The notes under the pieces were generated by a model. It was not told the origin of the DNA. It did not search any database and was given only the letters and a program-made list of their open reading frames with translations. Position numbers and translations under genes: made by a program. A stretch of 64,000 nucleotides of DNA from Acidobacteriota bacterium (GTDB taxonomy: Bacteria; Acidobacteriota; Vicinamibacteria; Vicinamibacterales; 2-12-FULL-66-21), in contig JANMWI010000097.1 in NCBI GenBank assembly GCA_031393955.1, positions 15,702 through 79,701 on the forward strand. Direction: 5' to 3'. Each line of letters starts with the position of its first letter. Within the stretch, counting starts at the first letter, position 1. Below are positions 1-9,786 of the stretch, piece after piece.

Positions 1-1459
1 TCCCGTCGGCCGACGGCTCGACGGCCGGGTTCTGGTACTCGGGATTGGACCGCATCCACTGCGCGCCGACCTTGCCCTGCCACGCCAGCAACTGGCGCCC
101 GAGGTCGAGCACGCGCTCGGGCTGCGCCGCGGCGAGGTCGTTCGCCTCCCCCGGGTCGGCGGCCAGGTCGTAAAGCTCGTGCCGGCCGGTTTCAAAGTGC
201 TCGATTAACTTCCAGCGTTCGAGCCGGATCGCCGCGCCGGGGCCGCCGCCGGCCGGCGCCTGCGGCGAGCGCGCCTGGTTCGAGTAGTGCGGGTAATGCC
301 AGAACAGCGGTCGCGGCGCCAGTTCGCCGGTGCCGCGCAGCACCGGCTCCAGACTGACCCCGTCGACGCCGGGCAGGGCGGGGGCGCCGGTCAGCGCCAG
401 GAGCGTCGGCAGCAGGTCGATGCTGCTGACCGGCGTGCGGCTGACCACGCCCGCGGGGAGCTGTCCCGGCCAGCGGACCATCAGCGGCACGCGGATGCCC
501 CCCTCTTGCAGATAGCCCTTGCCGTTGCGCAACGGCGCGTTCGAAGTCGCGGGTGTGTTCGGCCCTTCCCGTGTCGCCAGGCCGCCATTGTCGGAGGTGA
601 AGACGACGATCGTCCGCCCGGTCAGGGCCAGCGCGTCCAGCCTGGCCAGGATCCGTCCGACGCCGGTGTCGATGCTCTCGATCATCGCCGCGTAGATCGG
701 GTTGGCCTGGGGAGCAGCGGACGCCCGCGCCTTGTGCCGCTCGATCAACGCGGCCTGGGCCTGCAGCGGAATGTGCGGCGCGTAGTGCGACAGGTAGAGG
801 AAGAACGGACGATCGCGGTTGCCGTCGATGAAGCGCAGCGCCTCGTCTGTCAGCCGGTCGGTGAGGTACTGCCCGTCCGGCGCCTGCTCCAGCCCCGGCA
901 TGACGCGGCCGTCGCGCTCGAACGGCGCGAAGTAGCTGCGGGGACTGCCCGCCTCGTCGCCGGCGACGTTCACCGCGAATCCCTGGTCGGTCGGCCCGAA
1001 GCCGGCGCCGCCCAGGTGCCACTTGCCAATGTGGGCCGAGACGTAGCCGCGGGTGCGGAGCGCCTCGGCGAGGGTCACCTCCCCCAGCGGTAACTGCATC
1101 TCGATCGCCGGCCGCGCCAGCTTCTGGTCGGGGCGGTCGGGTCGGCCGGGCAGCCAGTCGGTGATGTGCAGCCGCGCCGGGTACTTGCCCGTGAGCAGGG
1201 CAGCCCGGCTCGGCGAGCAGACCGGGGCGGCGGCGTAGGCGTCGGTGAAGCGGACGCCGTCGCGGGCCAGCGAGTCGATGTGCGGCGTCAGGTTGAACGA
1301 CGCCGCGTCGGCGCCGACGTCGGCCCAGCCGAGATCGTCGGCGAGGATCACCACGACGTTCGGCGGGCGTTCCGTCTGCGCCCATGCTGCCGCCGCCGGC
1401 AGCAGGCAGGCGGCGATCATGGTTACGGATCCGACAAGAGACCGGCAGCACCTGAACAT
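1..1459 (-). CDS. Sulfatase (arylsulfatase family), 3' end truncated by window edge
   Basis: Absent from the ORF track because it runs off the window. My translation from ATG 1459 reads MFRCCRSLVGSVTMIAACLLPAAAAWAQTERPPNVVVILADDLGWADVG...YAAAPVCSPSRAALLTGKYP. This gives a signal peptide plus the sulfatase CxPxR (CSPSR) formylglycine motif. The frame stays open to base 2 (...QWMRSNPEYQNPAVEPSADG). Confidence 0.85.
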   Translation of the reverse strand, partial: MFRCCRSLVGSVTMIAACLLPAAAAWAQTERPPNVVVILADDLGWADVGADAASFNLTPHIDSLARDGVRFTDAYAAAPVCSPSRAALLTGKYPARLHITDWLPGRPDRPDQKLARPAIEMQLPLGEVTLAEALRTRGYVSAHIGKWHLGGAGFGPTDQGFAVNVAGDEAGSPRSYFAPFERDGRVMPGLEQAPDGQYLTDRLTDEALRFIDGNRDRPFFLYLSHYAPHIPLQAQAALIERHKARASAAPQANPIYAAMIESIDTGVGRILARLDALALTGRTIVVFTSDNGGLATREGPNTPATSNAPLRNGKGYLQEGGIRVPLMVRWPGQLPAGVVSRTPVSSIDLLPTLLALTGAPALPGVDGVSLEPVLRGTGELAPRPLFWHYPHYSNQARSPQAPAGGGPGAAIRLERWKLIEHFETGRHELYDLAADPGEANDLAAAQPERVLDLGRQLLAWQGKVGAQWMRSNPEYQNPAVEPSADG

Positions 1460-1859
1460 GACCCGGCAGGATATCGGAGTCGGCGAGGGCAGCGGTGACC
1501 TTTTTCGAGAACGGGACAGGGTCCCGTGCCACCCCGATGACTCGTCATTCCGTCGGCACCGCTGGCCCCCGTGGCGTTCGCCGCCTGCCTGCGGCCCGCG
1601 CTGCGCGCGGCCGGCGCCGATCCGGCCGAGGTATTGCGATCGGAGTCACGCTGGCTGCTTCACGTACCGGCTCGTCGCGTCGCCGCGCGCGGCGGCGTGC
1701 ACGAGCGCCAGGAATAGATGCTGTCATCCCGCCCGACCGCGCCCCCGCATCGCGAGATGCGACCAGAGGAGTGCACGGCGCCCGCTCTCGGGTCGCTTCT
1801 TCATAGCTCAGCCATAATCGTGTAGTCTCTAACCCTCTCAGACAACTCAAGGGGGCTGG

Positions 1860-3257
1860 ATGAAAAAGATCGGGTTGACCCCGGCGCTTGGCTGGGTAGT
1901 CTTGTTTCTGATGTCCGCTCCGCTCAGGGCACAGCAGAATCCAGCGAAGCCCCCGGACGCCGCACCCGCCCGCCCTCCATCGGAACCCATGACAAAGGAT
2001 GACGACCAGGCTGGGATCGCGATTACCGACTCGAAGAAGTTCCGGATCCGAGTGAAGTTCATGGGTGGATATACCCACGACTCCGCGCAGGCCAGCCTCG
2101 GGTTTGAGAAACAGGGCCGGGTCGGCTACGCGACGGTGGGTTTGAGCGGCCAGCTCAACGACCGCTTCCGCTACCTGATCGAAATCAACCCGATCAACGA
2201 AACCCAGCCAGGGGTTTCCTGCGGCGAGGACGACTACTTCTACCCGAACGCGGCCCAGTCGTTCGGGCCGAGAGTGGCGTGCGACAACGACGGGCGAAAC
2301 CGTGTGGACGACTACCGGTTCGTGGCGCTGGATTCGCTGTTGCAGCAGGGACCGATCCGTCAGGCGTACGGCGAAGCTACGACGGGGCCGTTCGCGCTCA
2401 AGTTCGGCCGCTTCATCCTGCCGATCGGATTTGCCCCCGAAGAAGTCGGGTCGATGAGCGCTAAGGACGCGACCCACATTCAACGAATCAACAGCGAAGC
2501 CAACTTCGGCGTGATGTTCTCACTGACCCGGCACGGGCGCGGCCGCCGGCTCGCCACCGCGTCTCTGGCCGCCACCCTCGGCGACGGCAACAAGTATCGG
2601 GACTACGATTACTTCTACGGCATCGACGGGTCGATGGCCTCGAACTCCTGGCCGGCGCTGCTGGCGACGGGCGTCATCGAGCCGATCGACGGACTCGAAG
2701 TACGCGCGGCATTGAAGCGGGGCGACACCGGCTCGAAGGTTGAGAGACTGCCGAACTTCTACGCGTCGAAACGGAACGACAACGCGCTGATCGCGTCGGC
2801 CCGCTACCGGCCGTTCCGCCACGTCAGCGTTTTCGGTGAGACCGCCCGATACACGTGGGGACCGATGTCGTCCTCGGCGACGATGCTCGGGCTCGATCCG
2901 AAGCCGGTTTACAAGACCGGCTCTTACGTCGGTGGGGACGTCGAGTACCCGATCACCCGTACGATCCATGTCGGTTCCACGTTCACCCGCGAAGATCTCT
3001 CGCGAGATGATGCCCTGGTGAAGATGTGCGCGGAGCACAACCTGCACCGCATCCGGCGTGGGCGTCGGGAGCGCTCCACCGTGATGCGCTTCTACGCCGA
3101 CTTCGCCAGCGGGATTCGCATCGGAGCGTTCCGGAACTCGCTCTTGAACCCTTACCCGTGGCTCTCGGGAATTACGCCGGTGGCGGGACCGAGGGCCTTC
3201 ACCAAGGGCCGCGGATCGGACAAGTGGGGGTTAATCGTCAACTTCACGCTGCAATAG
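1860..3257 (+). CDS. Secreted protein, putative outer-membrane beta-barrel/porin-like
   Basis: 465-aa ORF with signal peptide MKKIGLTPALGWVVLFLMSAPLRAQQ and AAGGGGG just upstream of the ATG. The composition is G/Y/F/R-rich and strand-like. I recognise no named family. Confidence 0.55.
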   Translation: MKKIGLTPALGWVVLFLMSAPLRAQQNPAKPPDAAPARPPSEPMTKDDDQAGIAITDSKKFRIRVKFMGGYTHDSAQASLGFEKQGRVGYATVGLSGQLNDRFRYLIEINPINETQPGVSCGEDDYFYPNAAQSFGPRVACDNDGRNRVDDYRFVALDSLLQQGPIRQAYGEATTGPFALKFGRFILPIGFAPEEVGSMSAKDATHIQRINSEANFGVMFSLTRHGRGRRLATASLAATLGDGNKYRDYDYFYGIDGSMASNSWPALLATGVIEPIDGLEVRAALKRGDTGSKVERLPNFYASKRNDNALIASARYRPFRHVSVFGETARYTWGPMSSSATMLGLDPKPVYKTGSYVGGDVEYPITRTIHVGSTFTREDLSRDDALVKMCAEHNLHRIRRGRRERSTVMRFYADFASGIRIGAFRNSLLNPYPWLSGITPVAGPRAFTKGRGSDKWGLIVNFTLQ

Positions 3258-3384
3258 CGGGACAGTCGGGGCGGAGGCCCCTTGCTGAGACGGGGACGAT
3301 TGAGAGGGGCCGTCCGGGAGTGCGCATCACGACCGTTCTCTGCCCACCCCTCACCACGGAACGTTGGGGTGGCGGCTGTTCCCG

Positions 3385-5391
3385 TCAGCGCGGCAGCCGA
3401 TTCACGGGCGTGGTCTGCCACGCCCAGCCGAGCCAGGTCGGCAGCTCGCACCTGAACTTGACCGCGCGAAGGGTCAGCGTCGCGGCCAGGAAGGTGTTGA
3501 AGTCGACAATCTCGTTGGTGCCGTCGAAGCTCCTCGATGCGGCCACCACCCGTCCTTGCGGATCGACAATCTCCAAATCGATGTCGGCGCTGGGCTGACT
3601 CGGATAGTTCGAGGAGGTTGGGTCGGTGTCCCAGGAAATGACGACTCGCTGTCGAGTCCGCGGGCCGACACTCAGGGTCGCAAGCGGAAGCTGCATCGGG
3701 GTCGAGCCGTCGCACGTGTACCACAACCCGCCGGTGCGCTGCGGATCCCCGGCGACGCTCACCGCATCGCCGGCGTTGAGGCCTCCCGCGCCGTCGACGT
3801 CCGACAATCGGCTGCTGCCCTCGATGTTGTGGATGGCCGTCGCCATCAAAATGGCGCGCGTGATCTCCGGCCAGAACGAAAGCCGGCCGTTGCGCTCGAT
3901 CATCAGAGCGGCCGAAGCCGCGACCAGGGGCGAAGCGCCACTGGTCCCTGACACCGTGGTCAGGTTCGCCGGGCCGAGGGTCGTCACCGTGAGATTGACG
4001 GCCGGGGCAGACAACTCGGGCTTCTCCCGATCGCCGTGAGTCGAGATCGGGTTGGCGAAGCTCGAACAGACATAGATGGAGTCGTCTGCCCACGCCGGCG
4101 TGTCATGGTCATCGAAGCCGCCGACGGTGATCACGTTGAAGCCGAGCCCCGGAGTCGTCGTCAACCCGCTGCCGGGCCCGCTCGCCTCGTTCCCCGGCGT
4201 CATGCAGGCGCGGTTGCCGGCCGACTTGACGACCGTGCGCCAGCGGTTGAACGTCATGTCGTCATAGAAACGATCGACGCCGCCGGTCATCAGCTGCGTG
4301 TCGAGTCCCCAGCTCATGCTGATCACACGCGCGCCCCAGAGCGCGGCGCGGCTCGACGCGTCCATCAGCTCGGTGCTGTCGGTCGCGCACGACCCGCCGA
4401 CGCGCAGCATCACCTGCGGGGCCGCACCCTCGACTCCGGTCGTGGCGCCGAAGACCGAGACCCGTCGACCCTTGATGATGCTCGCCACCTCCGTCGTGTG
4501 ATCGCTCGGCGTCGGACAGACATTGGCGGCATCCTGGACAATCGTATTGAGGAGCAGGCTCGCCGGTTCGACGCGCCCCTCTGCTTCGGTCAGCGCGACC
4601 CGCACGCCGCCGCCCTTCGCACCTCCAGCCTGCAGACCCGAGATGCCCGTCGTCGCCTTGGCGGCTTCCCCGGTTTCAGGCGCGCCGCGGAGACGCAGAT
4701 AAATCCGCTCGATGTCGGGATCGCGGGCGAGGGCCCTCAAGGCCTCGGCGCCGGCGGTCATCGTAACGGCGGGGCTGGAGCTGTCGGCCCGGGCAGCCGG
4801 GTCGACGCGGCGCAGCCGCTCCAGGATGGGCGCGATCTGCCCGGCGAGGGCGGTGCCGCGGGCGTCCTCGACGCCTTTGTAAGTGGCGTCGATTTGCGCG
4901 GGCCTCAGGGGCTCGCCGTGGCTCGGCGGGCGAGAGTCGCGAACGCGCGAGCGGTCGACGATCCACACGATGACCTGCTGGCTGGCGTCCGGAACTTGGT
5001 CAAGCCGCGTCGCCAGGGCTTCATCGAGCGCGCCAATCCGCGCCGTTCGTGCGGCGCGCTCCCGCTCGACGAACTGCGCTACCGCAACCGGCTGCAACGC
5101 ATCGTCGAGCGCGATGGAATGGAGCGCCCCGGCGGCGTCGCGAATCTTGAACTCGGCGATCGTCCGCTGCAGCTCCGGAAACACAGCGCGGCCGGTAGCA
5201 ACGACCTGCACTTCCGCCGTCGGAGTACCCAGCCGGTCACGAACGGCCTGAAGCGCGATCTGCTCCGCACTCCGCGGCGGCCGAGAGGCCTCGGACGTTC
5301 GGCGATCGCCGCATGCCGCCGACGTCCCGAGCAGCAGCGCCAGCAGCCCCGGCAGGCACGCCGTGCGGTCCGTCCAGGTCTTGGCGATCAT
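3385..5391 (-). CDS. Subtilisin-like serine peptidase (S8) with C-terminal P-domain-like module
   Basis: S8 motifs are present: SDHTTEVASII (His), VISMSWG (Asn), VSGTSGASPLVAASAALMIE (Ser). I prefer the internal ATG at 5391 (MIAKTWTDRTACLPGLLALLLGTSAAC, signal/lipoprotein-like). That ATG overlaps the upstream stop as ATGA. Confidence 0.8.
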   Translation of the reverse strand: MIAKTWTDRTACLPGLLALLLGTSAACGDRRTSEASRPPRSAEQIALQAVRDRLGTPTAEVQVVATGRAVFPELQRTIAEFKIRDAAGALHSIALDDALQPVAVAQFVERERAARTARIGALDEALATRLDQVPDASQQVIVWIVDRSRVRDSRPPSHGEPLRPAQIDATYKGVEDARGTALAGQIAPILERLRRVDPAARADSSSPAVTMTAGAEALRALARDPDIERIYLRLRGAPETGEAAKATTGISGLQAGGAKGGGVRVALTEAEGRVEPASLLLNTIVQDAANVCPTPSDHTTEVASIIKGRRVSVFGATTGVEGAAPQVMLRVGGSCATDSTELMDASSRAALWGARVISMSWGLDTQLMTGGVDRFYDDMTFNRWRTVVKSAGNRACMTPGNEASGPGSGLTTTPGLGFNVITVGGFDDHDTPAWADDSIYVCSSFANPISTHGDREKPELSAPAVNLTVTTLGPANLTTVSGTSGASPLVAASAALMIERNGRLSFWPEITRAILMATAIHNIEGSSRLSDVDGAGGLNAGDAVSVAGDPQRTGGLWYTCDGSTPMQLPLATLSVGPRTRQRVVISWDTDPTSSNYPSQPSADIDLEIVDPQGRVVAASRSFDGTNEIVDFNTFLAATLTLRAVKFRCELPTWLGWAWQTTPVNRLPR

Positions 5392-7934
5392 CGGCGCGCC
5401 CGGGGCGCGGCCTGCTGACCGGCCCGGCCCTCCTCGTCGACGACCACCGGCGGCAGGTAATCGAGTCGCAGCGAGTTCTTGCCGACCACGACGCGAGGCA
5501 GGGACGGGCCGCACATCGGGCGAAGGGTCAGCTCACCCGAGAGTCCAGCCGCGGCCCGCACGCGCAGCCGCTGGAGCACGTCAGGCAAGGTCGTGACCGT
5601 GAAGAATCCCTGGGCGTCGCTGACGGTCCGCCCCGATACTCCGGCATGATCGGGCTCGACCGCGGCGAGGTCGATCCGGGCTCGAGGCAGCGGTCGGCCG
5701 GAGGCATCGACGACCTGCCCGCGCACGAGACAGGCCCGCGGCACGTAACTCTCGACCGTCACCCCTCCAAGCGGCCGCCGTTCGCCGTGGTCCGGTGTCG
5801 CATAGACGGCGACCTGGCACTGTGCCCGCTGCCCGACGGCGGCCGTCCGCGGCGCGCGCAGCGAAATAGTCACGGTGCGCGGACAGTCCGTGAACGGCTC
5901 CAAATCGAAGGCTGGCTGGTCGACGCTGCACACCCACCCCGGACGGGCCGAGGTCGCGACGACCTCGAAGTGGGCGGGCACGAACAACGGGTTGTTGACT
6001 TCCATCTGAAACGTCGACGGGGCAATCTGAAGATTGCGCTGGGTCATGTTGTTGGTGTAATCGGAGTCCTGCCCGAACGCGATCGACACCTGAGCGCAGG
6101 TGTGATCGGTCGAGGTCGGCGTCCAGGCTTGCGAAACCGGCACCGTCTGGCCGGCCGCGACCATGACCTGTTGTGAGCCGATGTAGTGAAACACGCTGTT
6201 GCCGGCGCTGAAGCGGATGACGCCGAAGCTCACCGTCGCGATGCCGGCAACGGCGCCGCGGTTGGTCACGCTGACGGCGATTGTGTTGGCGACATTCAGC
6301 CGCGGAGCGGTCGCCGTCGTGATATCCGCGTTGTTCCAGCTCGGCTGGCCGTTGGCGAGCGCGCACGGCTGACCCGACGTCGAACCCGTCGCCGCGCAGT
6401 TCGGGAACGTGAGATCCGTCGCCTGTCCGGCCGCCAGGGCGAGCGCCCTGCCGACGCGAACCAGTCCCCAGCCGAGATCGCTCGACCAGTTACCGGTCGC
6501 GGCGTTGAATGCCGTGTTGCGGGTCTGGTCCGTCGAATCGATCAGCAGCCGCTTCACGCTCTCGGCCGTCATGAGTGGATACTTCTCGAGGATCAGCGCC
6601 GCCAGCCCCGCGACGACGCCGGTCGCCGGTGACGTGCCGGCGATACCGGTGAGATGGGTCGTCCCCGACTGAATGATGTCGATGCCGCCGCCACCAGGCG
6701 TCATGGCCAGCTGCTGTCCCGGTGCCGCCAGGTCCGGCTTCAGCGCCGACAGGTTGGGATTGAGGAACGTGAAGTCCTTGCGCGGTCCGCGGGTGAAGTT
6801 CGACCAGACCACATCGTCGCTGCGATTGACGGTGCCCTGGTCCGCGCTCGCGGTAACCATCAGCGTCAACGATCCGGAGCCCGGTGCGCGGACGATGTTG
6901 TCGCCGATCGCCCCCGCCGGCGTGCAGTTGGCGGGGTTTCGCGACGATGACGCGATCACCACCAGGCCAAGTCCGACCAGAAAGTTGGCCTGCTCCGCCT
7001 GAGCGCTCGTCCCGTCGTCGTCCGGACAGCTGCTGAACGCCATGTTGACGACGCGGATCCCGAACTTCTTCGCATTGATCCCGACCCAGTCCGCGGCCTT
7101 GACGAAGCCGTCACAAGCGGTGGCACCATTTACCTTGTGGCACTGGCGCACATTGACGTACCTGGTGCCGGGCGCGATGCCGGCGCAATTCGCCGTCGCG
7201 CCGACGCCCGGGTTGCGACAGGTCTGTCCCGTGACGCCGGCGCCGACGGCAATCGTCGCCATCACCGACTCGTGAAAAGACAAAACATCCGGTGGATTCG
7301 TCGTCCCGTCGCCAGGGTCGTTGGGGTCGGTGGCATCAAAACCGGCGACTCGCTTGCCGGCGAGCGTCGTGAAGGTCCCGTCGCTGATGCCGGTACCAAT
7401 GAAAGCGATCACCACCCCGGTGCCGGTCAGCCCGAGGTCCTCCGCCGTCCCTGAGTACTGACTCGACCGGTGGGCTTCGACCGCTCGTGAGACGACGTCG
7501 ATCTCGGGATTCATCAGTGGGCGCGCTTCGATCATCGCCACCTCCGGCCGGGCCGCGAGTCTCGGCAGATCCGCCGGCGTCACATTGTCGACGAGCACCG
7601 TCGTGATCAGTCGGCCGACGTATTCGATGCGTCCGAAGGGAGAGAGGGCCTGCTCGATCTCGGCCGGCGTGAGACATCGATTGAGATCGACGATGACGTC
7701 GAGGGTGGTCGCGGAGCGCGCCGTGATTTCCAGACGATCGTCGATGAAGTTGCGATTCTGGTCGCCAATCCAGGTGAGATGCTTTCGCTGACCGACGAAC
7801 ACCGGCTGGGCATGCTGCTCGACGCGTGTCTGCCACGCGAGGGGCGTGTAGGGAGCCGCTGCCGCCTCCGGGCAGATGAAGACACCGAGCAGCAACACCA
7901 CCACGGATGCGGCGCTGACCGTGCAACATTTCAT
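5388..7934 (-). CDS. Subtilisin-like serine peptidase (S8) with C-terminal carboxypeptidase-regulatory-like domain
   Basis: Signal peptide MKCCTVSAASVVVLLLGVFICPEAAAA. S8 motifs SFHESVMATIAVG (His), VVNMAFS (Asn), IAGTSPATGVVAGLAALILE (Ser). The C-terminus contains CLVRGQVVDASGRPL...DAQGFFTVTTLP. Confidence 0.8.
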   Translation of the reverse strand: MKCCTVSAASVVVLLLGVFICPEAAAAPYTPLAWQTRVEQHAQPVFVGQRKHLTWIGDQNRNFIDDRLEITARSATTLDVIVDLNRCLTPAEIEQALSPFGRIEYVGRLITTVLVDNVTPADLPRLAARPEVAMIEARPLMNPEIDVVSRAVEAHRSSQYSGTAEDLGLTGTGVVIAFIGTGISDGTFTTLAGKRVAGFDATDPNDPGDGTTNPPDVLSFHESVMATIAVGAGVTGQTCRNPGVGATANCAGIAPGTRYVNVRQCHKVNGATACDGFVKAADWVGINAKKFGIRVVNMAFSSCPDDDGTSAQAEQANFLVGLGLVVIASSSRNPANCTPAGAIGDNIVRAPGSGSLTLMVTASADQGTVNRSDDVVWSNFTRGPRKDFTFLNPNLSALKPDLAAPGQQLAMTPGGGGIDIIQSGTTHLTGIAGTSPATGVVAGLAALILEKYPLMTAESVKRLLIDSTDQTRNTAFNAATGNWSSDLGWGLVRVGRALALAAGQATDLTFPNCAATGSTSGQPCALANGQPSWNNADITTATAPRLNVANTIAVSVTNRGAVAGIATVSFGVIRFSAGNSVFHYIGSQQVMVAAGQTVPVSQAWTPTSTDHTCAQVSIAFGQDSDYTNNMTQRNLQIAPSTFQMEVNNPLFVPAHFEVVATSARPGWVCSVDQPAFDLEPFTDCPRTVTISLRAPRTAAVGQRAQCQVAVYATPDHGERRPLGGVTVESYVPRACLVRGQVVDASGRPLPRARIDLAAVEPDHAGVSGRTVSDAQGFFTVTTLPDVLQRLRVRAAAGLSGELTLRPMCGPSLPRVVVGKNSLRLDYLPPVVVDEEGRAGQQAAPRARR

Positions 7935-8465
7935 AGGTCACCTCACTCTGTTCGGCGCCTCGCAGAGGTCTGGATCGACGCCGGGTGTGGACTGTGCCCG
8001 CCCAGGGAGGTCGTGGCAAGTATCGCAGCGAATGCCGAGATCCGGAAGCGTCTTCTGACATGTTTTAGGAGTGTCGATTCGTACCGGGAACTTGGTTCCC
8101 CTGATCCGGCGCGGGAGCGGGCACGACGGAGTCGCCCGCGCAAGTGACTCTTGTCTTTCATCGAAAAACACTGCGGTCCACCGAGCACCTGAAATCCAGA
8201 CTCGACACGCGGATGAGCAAACCGTGCGACCGTGACCGTTGTCACGGTTGCCCCAGCGATTCCGGTGCAGCAGCAATCAGTCGTCATCCCGTGCACGCCG
8301 GGGAAATCCCCAGTGCCGTGCTGGGCGACCTGCGAGCCCCCTGTGAGCTAAGCTGGTCAAAGCGGCTGGGGACGACCCAACCCTGGGAGCAGGCGTCGGA
8401 TGGGATTCGAGTCCCGTCGGCGGTACGAGCCACTTGTCGCCCCGCGGTTCGCTCCGCGCACCGAC

Positions 8466-9644
8466 ATGCACAGCACTCTCTGCAGACTCACGCACGGCGT
8501 CGCCGTCTGTGTCCTGACCGTGGCGACGCTGTCCGGGGGTTCCGCCGCGGCGCCGGCCTCACCGCGCCGGTCGATTGAACCGATCCGCACCGACGGACGG
8601 TTATTCGTCGCCGGCGGCGCCACCTTCCGGCCGGTGTTCGCTTCAGCGCTGTCAATCCTGACCAAGCCTCCGGCCGAGCGGACCCGCGTGCTCGACGAAC
8701 TGCGCACGCTCGGCTTCAACGGCGTCCGCGTCTTCGCCGGCGCGCTGACGTGGGCGCACCAGACGCCGGCCACAGCCATCGCGGCATTACCCACCCTCCT
8801 GGACGAGGCCGCGGCGCGCGGCCTGTACGTCTACGTTGTCGCCATCACCGACAGCGGCACGGGCTACGACGTCGAAACGCACCTCCGCCGCGTCGCCGCC
8901 ATCGTCTCGCGCCACGACAATGCGCTGCTCGAGGTCGCCAACGAGATCGGTCACCCGACGCAGAGCGCGCGCGTCAACGACGCGGCGGCGCTGCTCGCCC
9001 TGGCTCGCCGGACGGTGCCAGACGGCACTCTGTGGTCGCTCGGCGCCTCGCTGGGCGTCGACGCGGTCGGCAGCAGCGGCCGATACCCCACCGCCGGGGG
9101 CATGTTCAACGACGCGCACCTCGACCGCGGCGGCGGGAAGTGGCGGCAGGTCGGCCGCCTGCGTGAGATCTCCGGAATCAGCGCGGCGACCGGTCAACCG
9201 GTCATAAGCGGCGAGCCGATTGGCGCCGCCGAGATCGCGGTTCGTGGCCGCCGCGAATCGGACCCGTCGTTCTTCTTCGCCATGGGCGCGCTCTGCCGCG
9301 GCTTCGAGATGGGCTGCGTCTGGCACTCGGACGCCGGTCTGCACGCCGAGCGGCCCGGCCCGGTCCAGCGCCGCGGCGCCGAGGCGTTCATCGCCGGCTG
9401 GCGCGCGCTCGACACCGACGCGCGGCTCTCGTTCGTCGATGCTGCCGCCGACCGGGCGCCGATTGCCGGCGCCACTCACGTCGCTCACGCCTATGCGTTC
9501 GTCGCCGGCGATCGCGGCTTCCTCGTGCTGTTGGGAGTGACGGGAGATCCGGCCCTGCGATTCGGCAACGGATGGACGGACCGCGGCACGCTCGCGGAGC
9601 GGCCGGGGGTTCAGGTGCGGCGGATTGGACGAAGCAACTCGTAG
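8466..9644 (+). CDS. Secreted TIM-barrel glycoside-hydrolase-like protein (GH5/cellulase-like)
   Basis: I prefer the internal ATG at 8466 (MHSTLCRLTHGVAVCVLTVATLSGGSAAA, a signal peptide). GFNGVRVF and LLEVANEIGHP (an NE acid/base-like motif) and ISGEPIG are consistent with a clan GH-A fold. The family call is tentative. Confidence 0.5.
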   Translation: MHSTLCRLTHGVAVCVLTVATLSGGSAAAPASPRRSIEPIRTDGRLFVAGGATFRPVFASALSILTKPPAERTRVLDELRTLGFNGVRVFAGALTWAHQTPATAIAALPTLLDEAAARGLYVYVVAITDSGTGYDVETHLRRVAAIVSRHDNALLEVANEIGHPTQSARVNDAAALLALARRTVPDGTLWSLGASLGVDAVGSSGRYPTAGGMFNDAHLDRGGGKWRQVGRLREISGISAATGQPVISGEPIGAAEIAVRGRRESDPSFFFAMGALCRGFEMGCVWHSDAGLHAERPGPVQRRGAEAFIAGWRALDTDARLSFVDAAADRAPIAGATHVAHAYAFVAGDRGFLVLLGVTGDPALRFGNGWTDRGTLAERPGVQVRRIGRSNS

Positions 9645-9785
9645 CTTCCCGCTCCCTGCTTCCCGCTCTCAGCCGGTAGCCAGTCACCAGTCGCCAGCCA
9701 CCCGTATCCACTACACCGGGAAACCTGGCCTGGCGACTGGGAACTGGAACTCGTGACTGAAGCGGGGAGCTGGAAGCGGGAAGCT
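9643..9785. repeat. Long imperfect palindrome filling the gap between convergent stop codons
   Basis: AGCTTCCCGCT...GCCAGTCACCAGTCGCCAG // CTGGCGACTGGGAACTGGAAC...AGCGGGAAGCT. The outer 11 nt are perfect reverse complements (9643-9653 versus 9775-9785). The inner arms are degenerate and the central loop is about 27 nt. Confidence 0.7.
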
Positions 9786-9786
9786 G

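Noticed and set aside
192-1532. 446-aa minus-strand ORF (and 287..1093 plus strand) overlapping the sulfatase region
   Set aside because: The translations are Arg/Pro/Gly/Ala-rich with no motifs. A different minus frame gives a textbook sulfatase (CSPSR motif, signal peptide). These are GC-driven shadow ORFs.
8400-8432. tRNA-like T-arm (GGGATTCGAGTCCC) suggesting a tRNA or an att-site fragment
   Set aside because: The loop is 6 nt rather than 7. No matching acceptor 5' strand, D-arm or anticodon arm lies in the preceding 75 nt, and no integrase is nearby.
7938-8578. ORFs 7943..8296 (minus), 7938..8276 (minus) and 8144..8578 (plus) in the 530-nt gap between the divergent S8 peptidase and GH-like genes
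   Set aside because: They have no motifs and no SD, and they overlap one another. The region is visibly less GC-biased and contains several short hairpins, so I treat it as a divergent regulatory region rather than coding. A small RNA cannot be excluded.
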